From Selaginella moellendorffii (lineage: Eukaryota; Plantae; Lycopodiophyta): DNA of 64,000 nucleotides. The notes beneath the pieces are model-generated. The model saw only the letters and a list, made by a program, of their open reading frames with translations, did no database searches and was not told where the DNA came from. The first letter of the stretch is position 1, and each line of letters opens with the position of its first letter. This document shows, piece after piece, positions 49,712 to 63,532 of the stretch. The DNA lies in NCBI RefSeq assembly GCF_000143415.4, contig NW_003314269.1, positions 807,246 to 871,245 of the forward strand, in the 5' to 3' direction. Both the position numbers and the translations under genes were made by a program.

Positions 49712-51797
49712 ATGTGGGGAATGCGAGCTTCTTCCAGGCGGATCACTGGCGCTCGCTCCTTCACAGCGTCTTTTTCTCCAGGCGATCGTCAGGTATGCCA
49801 GCGGCATTTGTGATTTCTCAACAGATTAGATCTCCAGTGCCCGGAATGGAAGGATTTCCTGGCGTGGCTCAATAAGCGAGGTGGATTAGGCAAGAACACC
49901 GCGGTGACAATTGGAATGTCACAGTATGGAAGGTTAGCACTGATAAATTTTTTTCTTTCTTTCTAAGATCGTTCTTTGGATACCAAGGGCATTGTTTGCC
50001 ACTCGTAGAGTTCCTGCTGGATCACGTTTTCTCGAAATACCCCGCATTGCCGTGAGTATCTTGGCCTCTTTTTTTTTTTTCTTCTCTCTTCTTTGTAACA
50101 AGCTTGTAGATGTCACTGTAGATTATCACTCCAGAGAACGTACCTTCGCAAGTGAGCCACCTTCTGAGCACAAGCAACCCAAAGACTCGGCTGTCTCTTT
50201 TCCTTCTATCCGAAAAACACAAAGCTCAGGTACCTTCTCTTGCTTTTTATCATGAATAGCATTGGTTCTGTCCAATCAGGAATCGCAGTGGGCTCCTTAT
50301 CTTCGATGCTTGCCTCAACTTGGTGATATCGAAAGCACGGTAAGGTAGATTCTTCCACTCCAGCTTTATACCTTGTGAATTATTTTGCTTACGTGTGAGT
50401 AGATGTTTTGGAAGGCTGAGGAGCTAGCCTGGCTCAAGCACAGTCCAACTTATCGCGAGACGATGGAGTGCTTGAAAATCATCAAGTCTGAATTTCACGT
50501 CCTTGAAGCAAAAGTCGTTGCTTCTTTTTATTTCTCGGCAGCTACTGACACTGGCCAATAAACAGGTATTCCCATGGTGTCGTGATGCGCTTGGCGAGGT
50601 CTCGCTCACAGACTTCATGCACGCTTACTCAACTGGTATGGAGAAAAATGAGAATTCAATGCCAAAGGAATTGATGGCAGCAATGTAGTTTCTTCACGTT
50701 CCTGGGAAAGCCGAGAAGGAGAGTTGACAATGTCAATGGTAGGCAGTAACGGCAATTGCTTTGGCTCAACCTGGTAGACCAGATTCCATTCGCGGATTTT
50801 TTCAACCACGATCATAATTGTCAAACACGGCTCTCCTACGACAAGGAAAAGGATTGTGCGGTGGTAAGCTTATCTGCAAGCGCATTGTTTGCTAGCTAAG
50901 GTCTTTCTCTCTTTTTATTCTTCTTTTTCGTTCCATCGGCAGGCAGTAGCAGATCAAGACTACAAAGCTGGTGATGAAGTAAAGTTTATTGCTTCTTTCT
51001 TTTACATTGTCTAATTTGCTGGCAGATATTTCTCAGCTATGGTTCCACTCCAAACTCCATCCTTGCTGTTGATTACGGCTTTGCTGTGGCATCCAATCCC
51101 CACGAACAGGTTCTCTTGTTCAAGCTTGTTCTTTGACATTGGTTTTTTCTTCTCTTTTTCATTTGTAGGTGGAGGTACCAATGGGTGTTTCACTAACAGA
51201 TCCACTCCGAGATTTGAAACTTCAGACTCTATCGCGACATAATATGAGCACAGACTTGAATGACGATGGTTCTCCGAGTGGAAGAAAGCGTTTCACTTTC
51301 AGGTGATGAGTAAGAAATGTTCCTTCTTACTTTTCTTATGTTTTTAACAGGGATAGTGATCTAGCTGAGCGCGGCTCTATGGCGGTGGCTCCGCTCCGTG
51401 CTTTTGCTCGGCTTATATGTGCGGAATCTTACGAAGGTTCATGACACGTCAATCTCTTTTGTCTGAAACTAAAACTCTGGATTTCAGACTTGCAAGAGAT
51501 GTCCGAGGAATCGCTTACACACGACGTTTTCTATGCGCTTTCACCAAGGCGTGACGAGCGCAAGGAATCCGAGGCCGTTTCTTTTGTGCGCACACAGATT
51601 AAGCAGCAAGTTGATCAACACTCTAAAGCTCTAAAGGTTTGATCGCTTTGTTTCTATTACATCTCCCTTGACCCATTGGTGGGCAGGATCTCGACGACGA
51701 TCGTGAAATCCCTCTATCAAGGAAATCAATATTGAGAAACATCCTGACTGGAGAGCTCCGTGTTTTACGAAATCTGTCCTGCATTACTTGTTTATAA
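49712..51797 (+). CDS. SET-domain methyltransferase of the Rubisco LSMT family, multi-exon
   Basis: FLAWL, YGR/ALFAT, SQWAPYLRCLP, VSSRSW, IPFADFFNHD, IFLSYG...LAVDYGF...NPHE and LRAFARL. Confidence 0.85.
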
Positions 51798-52428
51798 TCA
51801 AGTTTATTTATAAACAGAGTTTTTTTGGTTTGGTCAGTGCGTGAGAACTCAATTAAAAATACCTGAACTCGTCACCTTAATAAAACATCTGGAATGAATG
51901 AAAAGTAGCTAAAATTTCCTATCAAGAAAGACATTTTCAAGGTTATATATATTTTATAATTTAAATGATACCTTGGCACAAAATACATCATCATCCAGCT
52001 CTCCAAAACGAAAAGCCTGATCCCCACAAGCAGGCAAGGCTGCGCAGCCACGAGCATCAAATATTGTTGCCACTATTTCTGCTTTGTTATGATCTGGACC
52101 AGCAACTTTTGGCAGTCGAGCCTCATCCCACACCAGAACCATGATAACAGAATCCTTGTAATCCTTGCTAGTCCTCTCCATGACATGAAGCACTGTGGTC
52201 TTAACATCTCCTGTTATATTGAAACGCTTGAAGATCTCATTAACCTTTCCATTAAAGATGACATATATCAAAAACTCAGCACAAAACACTTTGAATCACG
52301 TAACTCAGCTTCAACGTTTAACGGAAAAAAAGTAAGTAAAAAGGAATTCACTGGAAAAGCTCGTTTTACAAGAATCTCTTCTGTACTCCAATTGCTTTCT
52401 AACTGTACACAGCCGCTGCCTACGCTTT

Positions 52429-54731
52429 TCACTGCTTTTTCCGGGCCTCGAGCATCTGCGCCGCGAGAGCCAGGGTCCTCTGGAACTGCTCGGGGTCTCC
52501 CTGGTGGAACTGCGCAATCGCGGCACTTGGCGCCCACGCCGGTTGCGGTGCCTGCGGTTGCGCTTGCGCTTGCTGCGACGATGTTTGCTGGAGCAACGAA
52601 GTCAGCTGCGCAAGCTGCTCGATTGGAAGCTGAGGGGCAACGACAGCATTTGGCTGCTGCTGTGACACGACCACGTTCTGCTGCTGCTGCTGATCTCCCG
52701 GTCCAGGCCAGGAGAATCCAGGAGGAGCAGCCACAGGAGCCGGGGCAGCAGCGCCAGTCACGCTCAGAGGAGCGGCCATGGCACTGGGAGCGGTGCTAGT
52801 CGCCGGGGGAAACATCGACCATGCCAGGAGCTCCGGAGGCAAGTTTGCCGGTGGCGGCGGCTGGGAAGTTTGGAAGTGATCCTGCTTTTGTTGGTGGTGA
52901 TGGTGCTGCTGCTGCTGCTGCTGCTGGAGTTGGACGTGATGGTGGTACTGGCTCCGGAAGTTCAACACCATCCCGATGATGCAGTCGCTCCGCGTCACCT
53001 TGAGGACCTTCTCCGCGAAGGGCGACGGCGGCACGAGGAAAAGGTTCGTGGCGTCGCCCAGCTTGACGACTCCCGCCCGGTGGTTCTCTCGGAGGTAGCG
53101 CAGGAAGTCGTGATAAGCCATCAGGTCCACGTCCCGCGCCGGCATGAACAAGACGACTGGAAACTCGGCGGTGGGATAGATGTGGTCCGCGAGCCTGTCC
53201 AAGTCCGTGCGAGACGTGCAGTTTACGACCTCGGGTCTGCAAGCAAAGCAAAACCAGCTTTCATGAGCAAGGAGAAAGGAAAAGAGGAAACCAGAGAACT
53301 TACATCAGGAGTGTCTCGACTTTGCCGCTGGCTAGAAATCCACGAGCTTGGCAGACAACAGTGCCACCTTTTGCGATGACTCCGTGCCATCCCCAGCTGT
53401 CCGGGCCTTGGACGGGAAGAAACGGCGAGCCAAGACGGGGTCCACTCTGCTCGGCAGGCGACACTCTCGACTTCTTGGCGATGGCCTCGTTCGGCTCCGA
53501 GGCACCGTCTTTCCCATCCACGGGGCCTACTTCACTGGTGGAAAACTCTATGTGGAGCCGGTGTCCATTGATCGGTTTCCCTGAAAGAGCGTTCTTGGCC
53601 AGAGCCGCCTCTTTGACTGAGCGAAACTCTACAAAGCAGTAACTTCGCGACGCGAACAGTTTTACCCGGTCGACCTCGCCGTAGGGAAGAAACAACCTGT
53701 GGAGCGTCTCCTCGTCGAACTTGGCGTTGGCTGGGAGGCCGATCCACAAAACCTCGCTGGGAGTATCGTCCTTGTTGCCGCCGCCACCTCGCGGAGCGGA
53801 GCTGGGAGCTGACGGTCCCGAGGCAGGACCCTGCATGAAAGGAACCGTCAGATGTAGCCAAGGCGGAGAAGCGCGACAACAAGATCAAAGTACCCGTTTC
53901 GAAGCAAGAGAGCGATAATCTACGCGCAGGACGTCGTCACCGAAGCGTTTCCCGTTGAGCGCTTCCACGGCAGCAATGGCATCATCAGTTTTAAAGTAGT
54001 CCACCATGAGAGAGCTCTTATCTTTCATCAGCTTGAACTCCTCGATGGCTCCATACTTTTGGAACTCCGCCTCTAGCATCTCCTTGGTCACGCTTAGAGC
54101 TATCCCAGCCACAGCCAAATGCCTGTTAGGCCTCGCCTGGAGATGAGAAAACACACAAGCTTTAGTATCATCCACAGCACCAAGCTCAAACACACACACA
54201 GCAGCACCAAGCTCAAACACACACACACACACAAAAAAGAAAAAGAAATACCAGCCTAGGAAAAATCACCCCTGTAAAGAACAGTCTAGAGAGAAATCGA
54301 GAGAAATCCCTGCCTGGAAAAGAGAAACCCACCCCTTTGGCGAATTCTATTCGCAAAGGCTGCCCCGCGATGTGTGCTCCGTGCAGCCCCTCCTTGGCGC
54401 GCTCGGCGTCCTCTTGCTTCCGAAAATTCACAAACGCGTATTGCCGCTGGGGATAGACCGTGACGCTGTCCAGCTCTCCAAATTTCCCAAACATGTCGCG
54501 CACCACGGACTCCGGCGTCTCCACGGCAACGTTCCCCACCCAGAGATGCCGCGAGGGAGCGCCAGCGGATTCATCGTGCGCGCCCGAGAATGAAGCGGGA
54601 GGAGGATGCGACGACGGCGACTTCGATGACTGCCGCTCGGGAATCGCTGCTCTTGCCACCTGATGGAGATCGCACACACGGTCATCACGCGAGAGAGAAG
54701 AAATCTGCCTTACAGCCACGGGCTCCTTCAT
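52429..54731 (-). CDS. FPA: Spen-family RNA-binding protein with 3 RRMs, SPOC domain and Q-rich tail
   Basis: PSRHLWVGN, PSEVLWIG, WHGVIAKGGT and RAGVVKL...LFLVPPSPF. Confidence 0.9.
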
Positions 54732-55082
54732 TCCCAAGCGTAGCGCGCTCTCAATCAGCCCTAGCTACCAACAAAACCAAAAACCCTAACAACTACTTTA
54801 GTTTATATTAAGTAGAATCCAAAGTTTAAGATATAAACAAATTCCACCATACTTTACAACATAGTTTACAGAAAAAAAAAACTCGGCATTATTTCCTTCC
54901 TATCGCGTTGCCATAACTTGAAAGAAACCTCTTCGTCACCGTCGTCTCTGTGGCTTCTCGCTAAGAACTTCTTCCCAAATCTGTGAGATGCCCTGTGGCT
55001 GATTGAATTGGAGCTCATTTGATCGCGCTTGTTTTCCTGTCCCGCCTGTGTAGCGCTTGTAGTAGCAGCCATAGTTTCTTCA

Positions 55083-57241
55083 CTATTGCTGGATGTAGAG
55101 CTCCTGCTTGGAGATGAAAAAGGAGCCTTGCTGCTCGGCCGGCTCCATCACAAACTGCTCGCTAAACGTTCCCATCTGGCGCCTCTGGACGTCCAAGGAC
55201 GGACTGGCCAGGAGTCCTTCCACTTGGATGCCGTCGCTGGTCGGAATGAAGTGGCTCCCCAGCACGAAGGCCCCGGACACCCGGATCACAATGCCCCGCT
55301 TGGAGTACGCGCAGCACTGCAAGTTCTCCACGACGTGGACGAGCCTCTCCTCGGCTCGCTCCCCGGCCAGCATGTTGCGGATGTCCGTCAGTGTCGTGAA
55401 CACTTGGTCCAAACCGCAGACGGTTTGGTTCGCGAACCTGCGTGAGGAGGGAATTAAAGGAGACTGGCAGATGAGAAAAGCAAACTCACGAGAAAGTCGA
55501 GTTTTGGCGGTAGAAAGTCTTCATGTGATGCCATAGCGAGTCAGGACCGTCAAACAGCATGTAGTAATGGACCGTAAGCATCTGCAGCGTCTCAATGATC
55601 AGTACCGAGTTGCGAAAGTGAAGTGAGAGAGAAAATAAAACATCTTACATCAGACAGGTCTTTCAACCGCTCAGTTGGATCGAAGACACTGTGCACAAAA
55701 CCAGCCAAGTCAACATCTGCGTTCTCGTACTTCTTAATAAATGGGTGTTGTAAAAGCTGCAGCAGAAACGAACATGTAAAACTGGGGACCTCTGGGAACC
55801 GAAATAAATTCTAACCTGTTCTGCTGTTGGCCTTGTATCGGCATCTTTTCGTAGGCATGCTTCCACAAACGACCGAAACTCGCAGGAGAATCTGTCCGCA
55901 GGCGGGGCTGGAGACGGATCATACATTACCTGTAAGCAACTTACACGAATCAGAACATACAGGAGAATAGTGACGGGTACAAGGATAAAAACCTTACTTG
56001 AAGCATCAGATTCACAGGGCCCTTGCTTGCGTTGTAAGGGAACTCTCCAGTACCACACTCCAGCAACGCAAGTCCCAGACTCCAGATATCCGCCGGGTAC
56101 GAGTAGCACTCGTTGTTGATTCTCTCTGGAGACATGTAAGTCACCGTGCCGACAAACGTGGCACACTGCCAAGCAAAGTGAAAATTAAGCAGGCTTGAGC
56201 TTGGTCACTAAGATGCGAACGCATACCATGGCAATGGAGTTGTCAAGGCCAGCACTGATCCCAAAATCTGTGATTTTCGGCTCACCTATCAGATTGATTA
56301 GAAGGTTTGCAGGTTTAATGTCTCGGTGAACTAGATGTCTTACTCCGTGAAGAAACTGCAAGCCCTGGAAAATAACACACAACTTTCGTGACTGATTGCG
56401 AGCACGCGAAAAAGCGAACCTTACCGTAAAGGTGAGACTTTACCTGTAAAACTTTTCGTGTGATGACCGACAGAATCGGCTCAGGAATGAACTTCTTGTT
56501 TCGCACGATATCCGCAAGTGATCCGCCATCCATGTACTCCAACGCTATGCTAATCTGTCCGCTATCAGGCGAATAAAACGCCCCGTAAAACTCTACAAGG
56601 CCTTTCGCCATGGGCGCTTCGCACAGTGTCCGAATCTCGTTTAGCAACTGTTGACGTTTTTCCTGAATCAAACGCAAAGAGAGAAGCCAAAGAAAAAAAG
56701 ATCATCACCATCTCGAAGAAGAAAAAGGAACTTGGAAAGCAAACCTTCTCAAAGACGTTGATCTTCTTGAGGGCGAGAATCCGATGCGTTGGAATATGAA
56801 TAGCCTTGCGAACGACGCTGCTAGCTCCCCATCCAATTGCTCCAAAAACGCACATTTCATTGGACGCGCATTGATAAGTTCTCTCCTTGTCGTCTTTGTC
56901 GTCTCCACCGGCAGAGCTCTTCTTCTGGAGGCCCAGCTGATTGATATTATACTCGCCACAAGATCTGCTCAGAAGATTCAAGGTCCCTCCATCCGTGACC
57001 TGTGCCGCCAGCAAGCTGAATTAGCACCGACAACCAAGGGAATTCCCAAGATCGATCACACAGAGACGAAACCCTAGAGATTTCCAGAGCGCCCGCTCTG
57101 GAAACCCCGGGCATTCGATCCAGGGGGGCGAAATTTCCAATTCTCTTGATCGACACTCACCTTGTAGGACGCCGAGGCATCAATCGACATGTCTGGCCGC
57201 ATGTTGATGAGCGGCATCAGCTTCTTCTTCATCTGATCCAT
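55083..57241 (-). CDS. MKK3: MAP kinase kinase with C-terminal NTF2-like domain (group B)
   Basis: [39 protein letters not shown] and the NTF2-like tail (IRVSGAF, FSEQF). Confidence 0.95.
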
Positions 57242-57410
57242 GGTGATCGATCCCAGGCGATCGAGGACGGCCCGCCGCGCCCTACATAAGCCCCCAAAGA
57301 GAAAAAAACGCACACACAAGAAAATTAAAAGGCACCAAATGGGCAACAAAGCCCGGTAGTTAGGGCAGTGGGCATTTTTAGGGTTCTTCGCGTAGGGTTT
57401 TACGAGCGAG

Positions 57411-58222
57411 ATGGGCAAGGCGACGTTCATGAAGGGGAAAATGCTGGCCAAGGCGCTGCAGGCCGTGGAGGCGGGATGGATCCCCGAGCAGGTCTGGATG
57501 AAGGCCGCGCGCAGGTTAGAAATCAAATCGAATGATCGACCGGCATTTTGATCCTGGATTGATTGGATTTATCCAGAATGCAAGAAGAGCCTCTGGTGAC
57601 CAAGAAGACGAAGAAGGAGCGGCAGCCAGAGGATGCGTTTATAGAATCGTTCCTCACGCGGCATCCAGAGTCGGAATTTATAGCTCTCGAGTAAGTGACT
57701 TCTCTTCCTTGCTAGCTGTGACGATCACTCTCTTCCTCCCAGCGTTACTTCTAGCGATCACCCCGCGTCTCTCTTTGCTTCCCGGCAGATGGAAGTGATG
57801 AAGGCATTCGGATTGAAGAGGAATCCATGGCACAAGCGGCTGGCTCGCGAAATTGTCGAAGTGAGCTCTCAATTTCCATCTTTGACACGAGTTTTTGATC
57901 GATCTTGATGTCGCAACAGGCCGAATTGACGCTCCAGGAGAGGCTGCGCGATCAATGCCTGAGCGAGGAGAGGATCAAAGCGTTCCAAGAAGGGCGGAGG
58001 GGTCCTCCCGTGAAGAAAACCGCGCTCCAAAAGGCCCACGAGGAGGCACTGCGCCATCACCTCGCCGGCATGAAGAAGATGAAGCGCCAATACGAGGCTG
58101 GCTCGGTGGATTGCACGATCCCATTCAAGGACGCGTTCGCAGAGGCTAAAAGATGGGACGAGCGCGACCAAGGTGGAATGTGGAGTGATGCTTTCTCCCA
58201 AGGCCCGGGAAGGAGAATCTGA
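57411..58222 (+). CDS. Probable mitochondrial ribosomal protein mS23-like, multi-exon
   Basis: FMKGKML...VWMKA, PEDAFIESF..RHPES and PASLFASRQMEVM resemble plant mS23 (from memory). Confidence 0.55.
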
Positions 58223-59089
58223 GCAAAGTACTGGGAGGATATTCTTGCAAACCCGCACGAATATGCCGCTTATGTTTTAAAATTGGCGGGGAAGAAGGAG
58301 CAAGCTATAGTAAGGGGTCTAGTAAATGGAAGCGTAGTAAATTTGACGAGCTAGCTACGCTCGGTGTTGCATTGATCGAAGGACAGCCCGATGCGGGGTA
58401 TATCCCTACATCCACTAGGCAATTAACCGTCCACTTTTTTACCACGCCGGCAGTAGTTACTAACTGTAAATGAGCTCCGCAGAATCTTCGCCGCCGGCCG
58501 TAGTTACCGAGTTGGCGTCACTTTCCCCTCCGCACGAGCTTTGGCCTTTTCAATTCATCCGGGCCGTTGGTAACGAGAAAATCAGCGGCTGGGGGGCTGC
58601 CAAGGTGGCCTGCGAGTCTGGCCGATGGATTCGTGGGCCATCGACGGACAAGAAGGCTCCACAGCTGATGAGAAAGTGTTTTTATGTTGTCTGGCGCCCT
58701 CGTGTGCTCAAGAACCCTAGCTCATTTCCACAAGCAGTAGAAGCATGTGTGGTGGGGGAATGATTGGAGAAAGCGTCTGAGTCTGGAGCGTGCGCAGTGA
58801 TTTTGATAGCGCTGTTGCCCTATCACTGGATTGGCGATCGATCCACGCCGGCGCGCGATCGGCCTGCATTCTCCGGTGATCCGGAGGTCCGAGCGCTTTC
58901 GATCGCGTCTCCCTCCGGCATTCCTTTCTCCGGCGAGCATTGGCAGGGGAGAGAAAAGAATGGCCGTTCTTGATTCCAGGAGGGAGCTTGATTCAGCTCT
59001 TGCACCGTGGGAAATGCTGTGAATGCGGGCGGCCAGGCAAGAGCTATTGCATGCTGGAATCCGTGAAATATCTAGTGATAGATCGATCG

Positions 59090-59743
59090 ATGCCGCGTCT
59101 CGTTTGGATCCAAGCCGTTCTTGTGTTTCTCCTGATCATTCAGCTATCCAGCGCTGACGAATCTCCACCAGGTATGGATATTTTTTTCCTTGTCGGTGCC
59201 ATTTCAATCGATCAAACTTCTATTGTGTAGAATTGCTGGAAATATCTCTAAGGAACTCAACAGTCGCGGAGTCTGTGAGTTGGAGCCGACGCCTCCTCGC
59301 AAGCCAGCTCTATAGCAGGAAACGAAGAAATCTCGGCACTAGTAAGCAAGCGTTCTCTACTCAGCTTTCACACTTTGGCAAAAACACTCAGCAATAACTT
59401 TCCTTCTCTAGATCGCATCTCAGACGAGTGTACCAAGTCGGACATCAGTGTCTTTCAAGGCCGCTCCAGTCCGCTCCCCAATGGCATCCCAACTTACAGC
59501 GTCCAGATCATCAATCTCTGCGTGGTGGGCTGCCCCTTGTCCAACATCCACATTGCTTGCGGCTGGTTCGCGTCCGCCAAGCTCGTCAATCCCAAGATCT
59601 TCAAGAGGGTCGGCTACAACGACTGCATCGTTAACGATGGTAAAGCCATCAGTGGAGGTGAGAGTATCTTTTTCCACTACGCGAATTCCTTCCAGTATCC
59701 TTTGAGAGTCCAGTCTGCGGTGTCGTGTTCTTCCGGTGTCTAG
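59090..59743 (+). CDS. TPD1: TAPETUM DETERMINANT 1-like secreted Cys-rich ligand, 3 exons
   Basis: Signal peptide, then CTKSDI, LPNGIPTYSVQIINLC, IHIACGWFASAKLVNPKIF, NDCIVNDG and YANSFQYPL. Confidence 0.92.
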
Positions 59744-61523
59744 GATGAGAGGGGGGAAATGTTCGGTATCACTTACGATCGGGCCACAGTTTTTTACATG
59801 GGTTATACATATATGTATAGCTGCTTCCAGCTCCAGTTTAACAGGTCCTGGGGATTTCATAGTACTGATGAGAGGCCTGCTGTTACAGATCCAGCAGGTT
59901 CTAAAGCGGGAATTGTAAGTAGAGGCTACGTTCTCGTGGCCGAAACGATGAGTTTATAAAAGGCTTCGGAGAGACTTTTCAAGCCGAGGTATTTTTCCAT
60001 GTTCTTCGTTGAGCTTCGTGTTCGTTTTGTCATGCGTTGTCTTGTCTTGTGTGTTGTCGGTTTGTGTTTGGCTTTATTTTCTGCTATAAACCATACTTTC
60101 GGTTTATTTTCTAGTGTATAAAAAGACTAAGTTAGATGACTCTAAGCTGGAGTGGCAGTAGATCTAACGAGTATTTTAGTATAGGCCTTCTGGCAGCAGC
60201 AGCCGCATATTTGCGAGAATGCCTTGCCTTGTGCTTTGGGAATTGGTTCCACTTAACTTTCAATCATTTGACATTCCCGGAGGGTGTCCTTGTTGTGCCA
60301 GCCGAGGCGAGTGTTACTACTTCTTTACGCAGTTGAGCTGTCCGGACAGATGGTGGACGTCGCAGCTAAGGCGAGGTTCGTCCGGATTCAAATGGTGGAG
60401 CGAACCCGAGCTCTGGTTCGTTTGAGATTCGCATTGAATGAGCTTTGCTCGAAAATTTTGGGAGCTTAGTGAAAAGGTACTCTTATCTACACTTTAGCTC
60501 CTTTGAAACTTTCTTACGTTTTTGAGACTCTGTGGCAGCAAGCAAGGAATATGAACGAGAGAGCTGTGAACGTCGGATATGTACTTGTCACCAAGTTATA
60601 CGATATGGATATGGATCTCTCCAGCGAAGTACTTCCTTGACCGTGTTAAGAGCGCGGCTTGACTCTCGGCTCAGCTGGTTCCTGTTCCCATCCAGGTACA
60701 GGAAAGCTCCGTTTAATTCTATCGTGATTGCTAAGCATGGTGGTGCTGTAAGGTCCATCGGCATCTCGCCCACGCGGTTAGTTTGCTGCTGTTACTTCGA
60801 GCGTGTCTATCAAAGTTGCTAGTGGCTTGAGGCAAGGATGCGACGACGAGGATGCACGTAGGAGTACCGGACATATGGCGAGTTATAGTAAGTCGTCTGT
60901 TCAGGCAAGAAGCTGCGTTTACTGGCTAATCTTCCTCTCTCACACTATCTCTTTCTCTTTTCAAACAGGCTGAAGTGCGACCGCCTTTAACTTATCCTGT
61001 GGAAATGGATAGCTCGCAGCACCGCCAAGACTGCGAAGGTGTTGAAAAAGAGAAAGAGATTGGGGAGAGAGAAAGAGGAGGTAAGTCAGTACACAAGGTG
61101 AGCTGAGGATGGCAAAGTCGTGTTGATCGCTCCCTGCAAGTTGCTTGAATTTGCGTTCCAATCCAGTGCCTTACCTGACTGATTGAAACATTGTATTCGT
61201 TCATGCTAACTCGACTGCGACTGACAATCGCTTCCTTTATTTTCAAAGATTTGGAAGCGTATCTTGCGGGGGAGCTCTGAAAACTCCCAGCTCGACTACG
61301 GCGTTGCGTGCTTGTTTGCATGCTCGTAAGCCCCATTCTCCTGTTTTGTTTCTCTTGATTTTTTCTTTTCGTGGAGCCATCACTTTCTCTTCTTTTAATG
61401 TTCTTCAGCATCCAGGATCGCCTAACTTTGACACGGTAAAGCTCCGCGAAGGTTGCGTGTTCGATCCTCAAGGGAGAGGGTTTTTAGGTTTTTTAGGTCT
61501 CCATTTTCTTCCCAGCTGCGACG

Positions 61524-62640
61524 ATGAGCTTCGTCTTCCGGGGGACGAGAGCCGACATCGAGAGCGGGTTCCACGATTTCATACCCGAGCGGCGAGCGGT
61601 GGTAAGCGCCAATTCTCCCAAAGTTACAGTTACACTAAATTGTTTTGCCTGCTCCAGAGGTTCCATGGCGGGGGAAGGCCGCTCAACACGAATCCTGTCA
61701 TTATTTTCATCACAAGTAAGAGATTCCATACTTGAAGCTTTCGTGTTGACGGTGGCTTTCTCCAGTGTTCTTGCTGTTCATGGTTCTCAATTCCCAGCCG
61801 GTGTCTCCAAACTTCCTGGTATGGCTAGAAAAATGGATTCTTTCTTTTGGAAGCGAAGCTATACGATCACGATTCTTCTCTGCAGTTATGGTTTGGCATG
61901 GCCGTTTTTCTCATAACCACAAGCATCCGGATGTACGCAATGTGCCAGCAAATCCAAGCCCATGCAAACGCCGCGGCTGTGGCAGCGACGGCAAACGGGC
62001 TGATTGGTCACACCGAGCTTCGTCTGAGGATGCCGCCCATCGCCTTTGCAACCAGGGGCCGGCTTCACGGCCTACGCTTGCAGCTTGCGCTCCTCGATCG
62101 GGAGTTTGACGAACTTGGTTTGTAACTTTGCTTCCGCTCTTCTCTCACCTCGTTCGTTCCAACAGATTACGATGCCTTGCGGGCTCTGGATCCAGATAAT
62201 CCTCCCGGCGTGCCGGCGTTGAGCGAGGCAGAGATAAACTCGCTCCCCGTTCACAAGTACAAACCACAAAAGAGGTGACTTCTTTGTTTCTCTGTTTCTT
62301 CCTTTCCCATAACATGTTCACGTTGTGTGTTTGAAGCCAACAAGGAAGCTCTCAGCAGCATCAGCCACAGGCATCTTCTGATCCAAACAAGGGATCTCCT
62401 TCTTCTTCGTTGGGCGAGAAGCTAGAGGAGCTCACTTGTAGCGTCTGCCTGGAGCAAGTTATGGAAGGGGAGATTGTTAGAACTCTCCCGTGCTTACACC
62501 AGGTTCTACTCTAGGCTTGCTTGCCATTTCCATCACTGACGCTTTGACTCTTCCAGTTTCATCCGCATTGCATCGATCAGTGGCTGAGACAGCAGGCCAC
62601 TTGCCCGGTTTGCAAATTTAAGATGTCTACAACGAACTAG
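61524..62640 (+). CDS. SDIR1: RING-H2 E3 ubiquitin ligase
   Basis: MSFVFRGTRADIESGF, LRLQLALLDREFD, DYDALRALD and the C3H2C3 RING CSVC...CLHQFH..C...CPVC. Confidence 0.93.
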
Positions 62641-62755
62641 ACAAGATCTCGAGAAGAGAAACTTTCGTACATATTACTTTCATTGTGGATATGGACAAGA
62701 GTGGAGAACAAAACGAAAACAGCAAAACAGCAAATCAAAGGTAGCGTGTTCTAGC

Positions 62756-63484
62756 TCATTCTTTGACTTCAGACGGGAGTAGAGGCTTGGTTCCCATCAT
62801 ATACAGGCGGCCTGCGTTGTCATCTGTGAGTAAACTAATTCGATTTGCTTTCGATTTGCTCCTTACCGTGTTGCCGGATGGAAATCTCTCGCAAGCGCTT
62901 GAAAGTGCCGCTTACCGTGTCCTTGTAGACTCGCGTCTCGATGTTTCCCTCGACGTAGACGTTCATCCTGGGAGAACACACTCGTGAAGAACGAGAAAGA
63001 AAGACAATGTCCTCACCCCTTTTTGATCTGCATGGCAAGGGTGACGAGCGTGGGCTTGAACACGCAGATCCTGTGCCATTGCACGAAGCTACGCTGCGCG
63101 TAAGCTTGGGGGCTCTCTCCCTCGAGCGCTCGTCGGTGGTTCCTCAGGCCTCCAGTTCCCAGAGGAAAGGTGACCACTTCCGCGCCACTGCTGAGAGTTT
63201 TCACAGTGGGTGGCTGCCCGACTTTACCAATCAGAATAGCCTAGCAAGAGAAGAAAAAATGTAAGTTTGATCTAAACGAAAGTTTCGATCGAGCAAGAGC
63301 AATACTAAAGTTTCGATCTACCACGGAGAGACAAAAGTTTCGATCTACCAGGGACAAGCACGGCAGAGAGAAAAGTAGAGCAACGCTAAAGTTTCGATCT
63401 ACCACGGAGAGACAAAAGTTTCGATCTACCAAGAACAAGCACGGCACGGAGAGAGAGATGAAAGTTTCAATCTGCAAGTGCAAC

Positions 63485-63532
<48 letters not shown>

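Noticed and set aside
60100-61480. miRNA precursor or ncRNA in the TPD1-SDIR1 interval
   Set aside because: No recognisable conserved miRNA and no clear long hairpin by eye.
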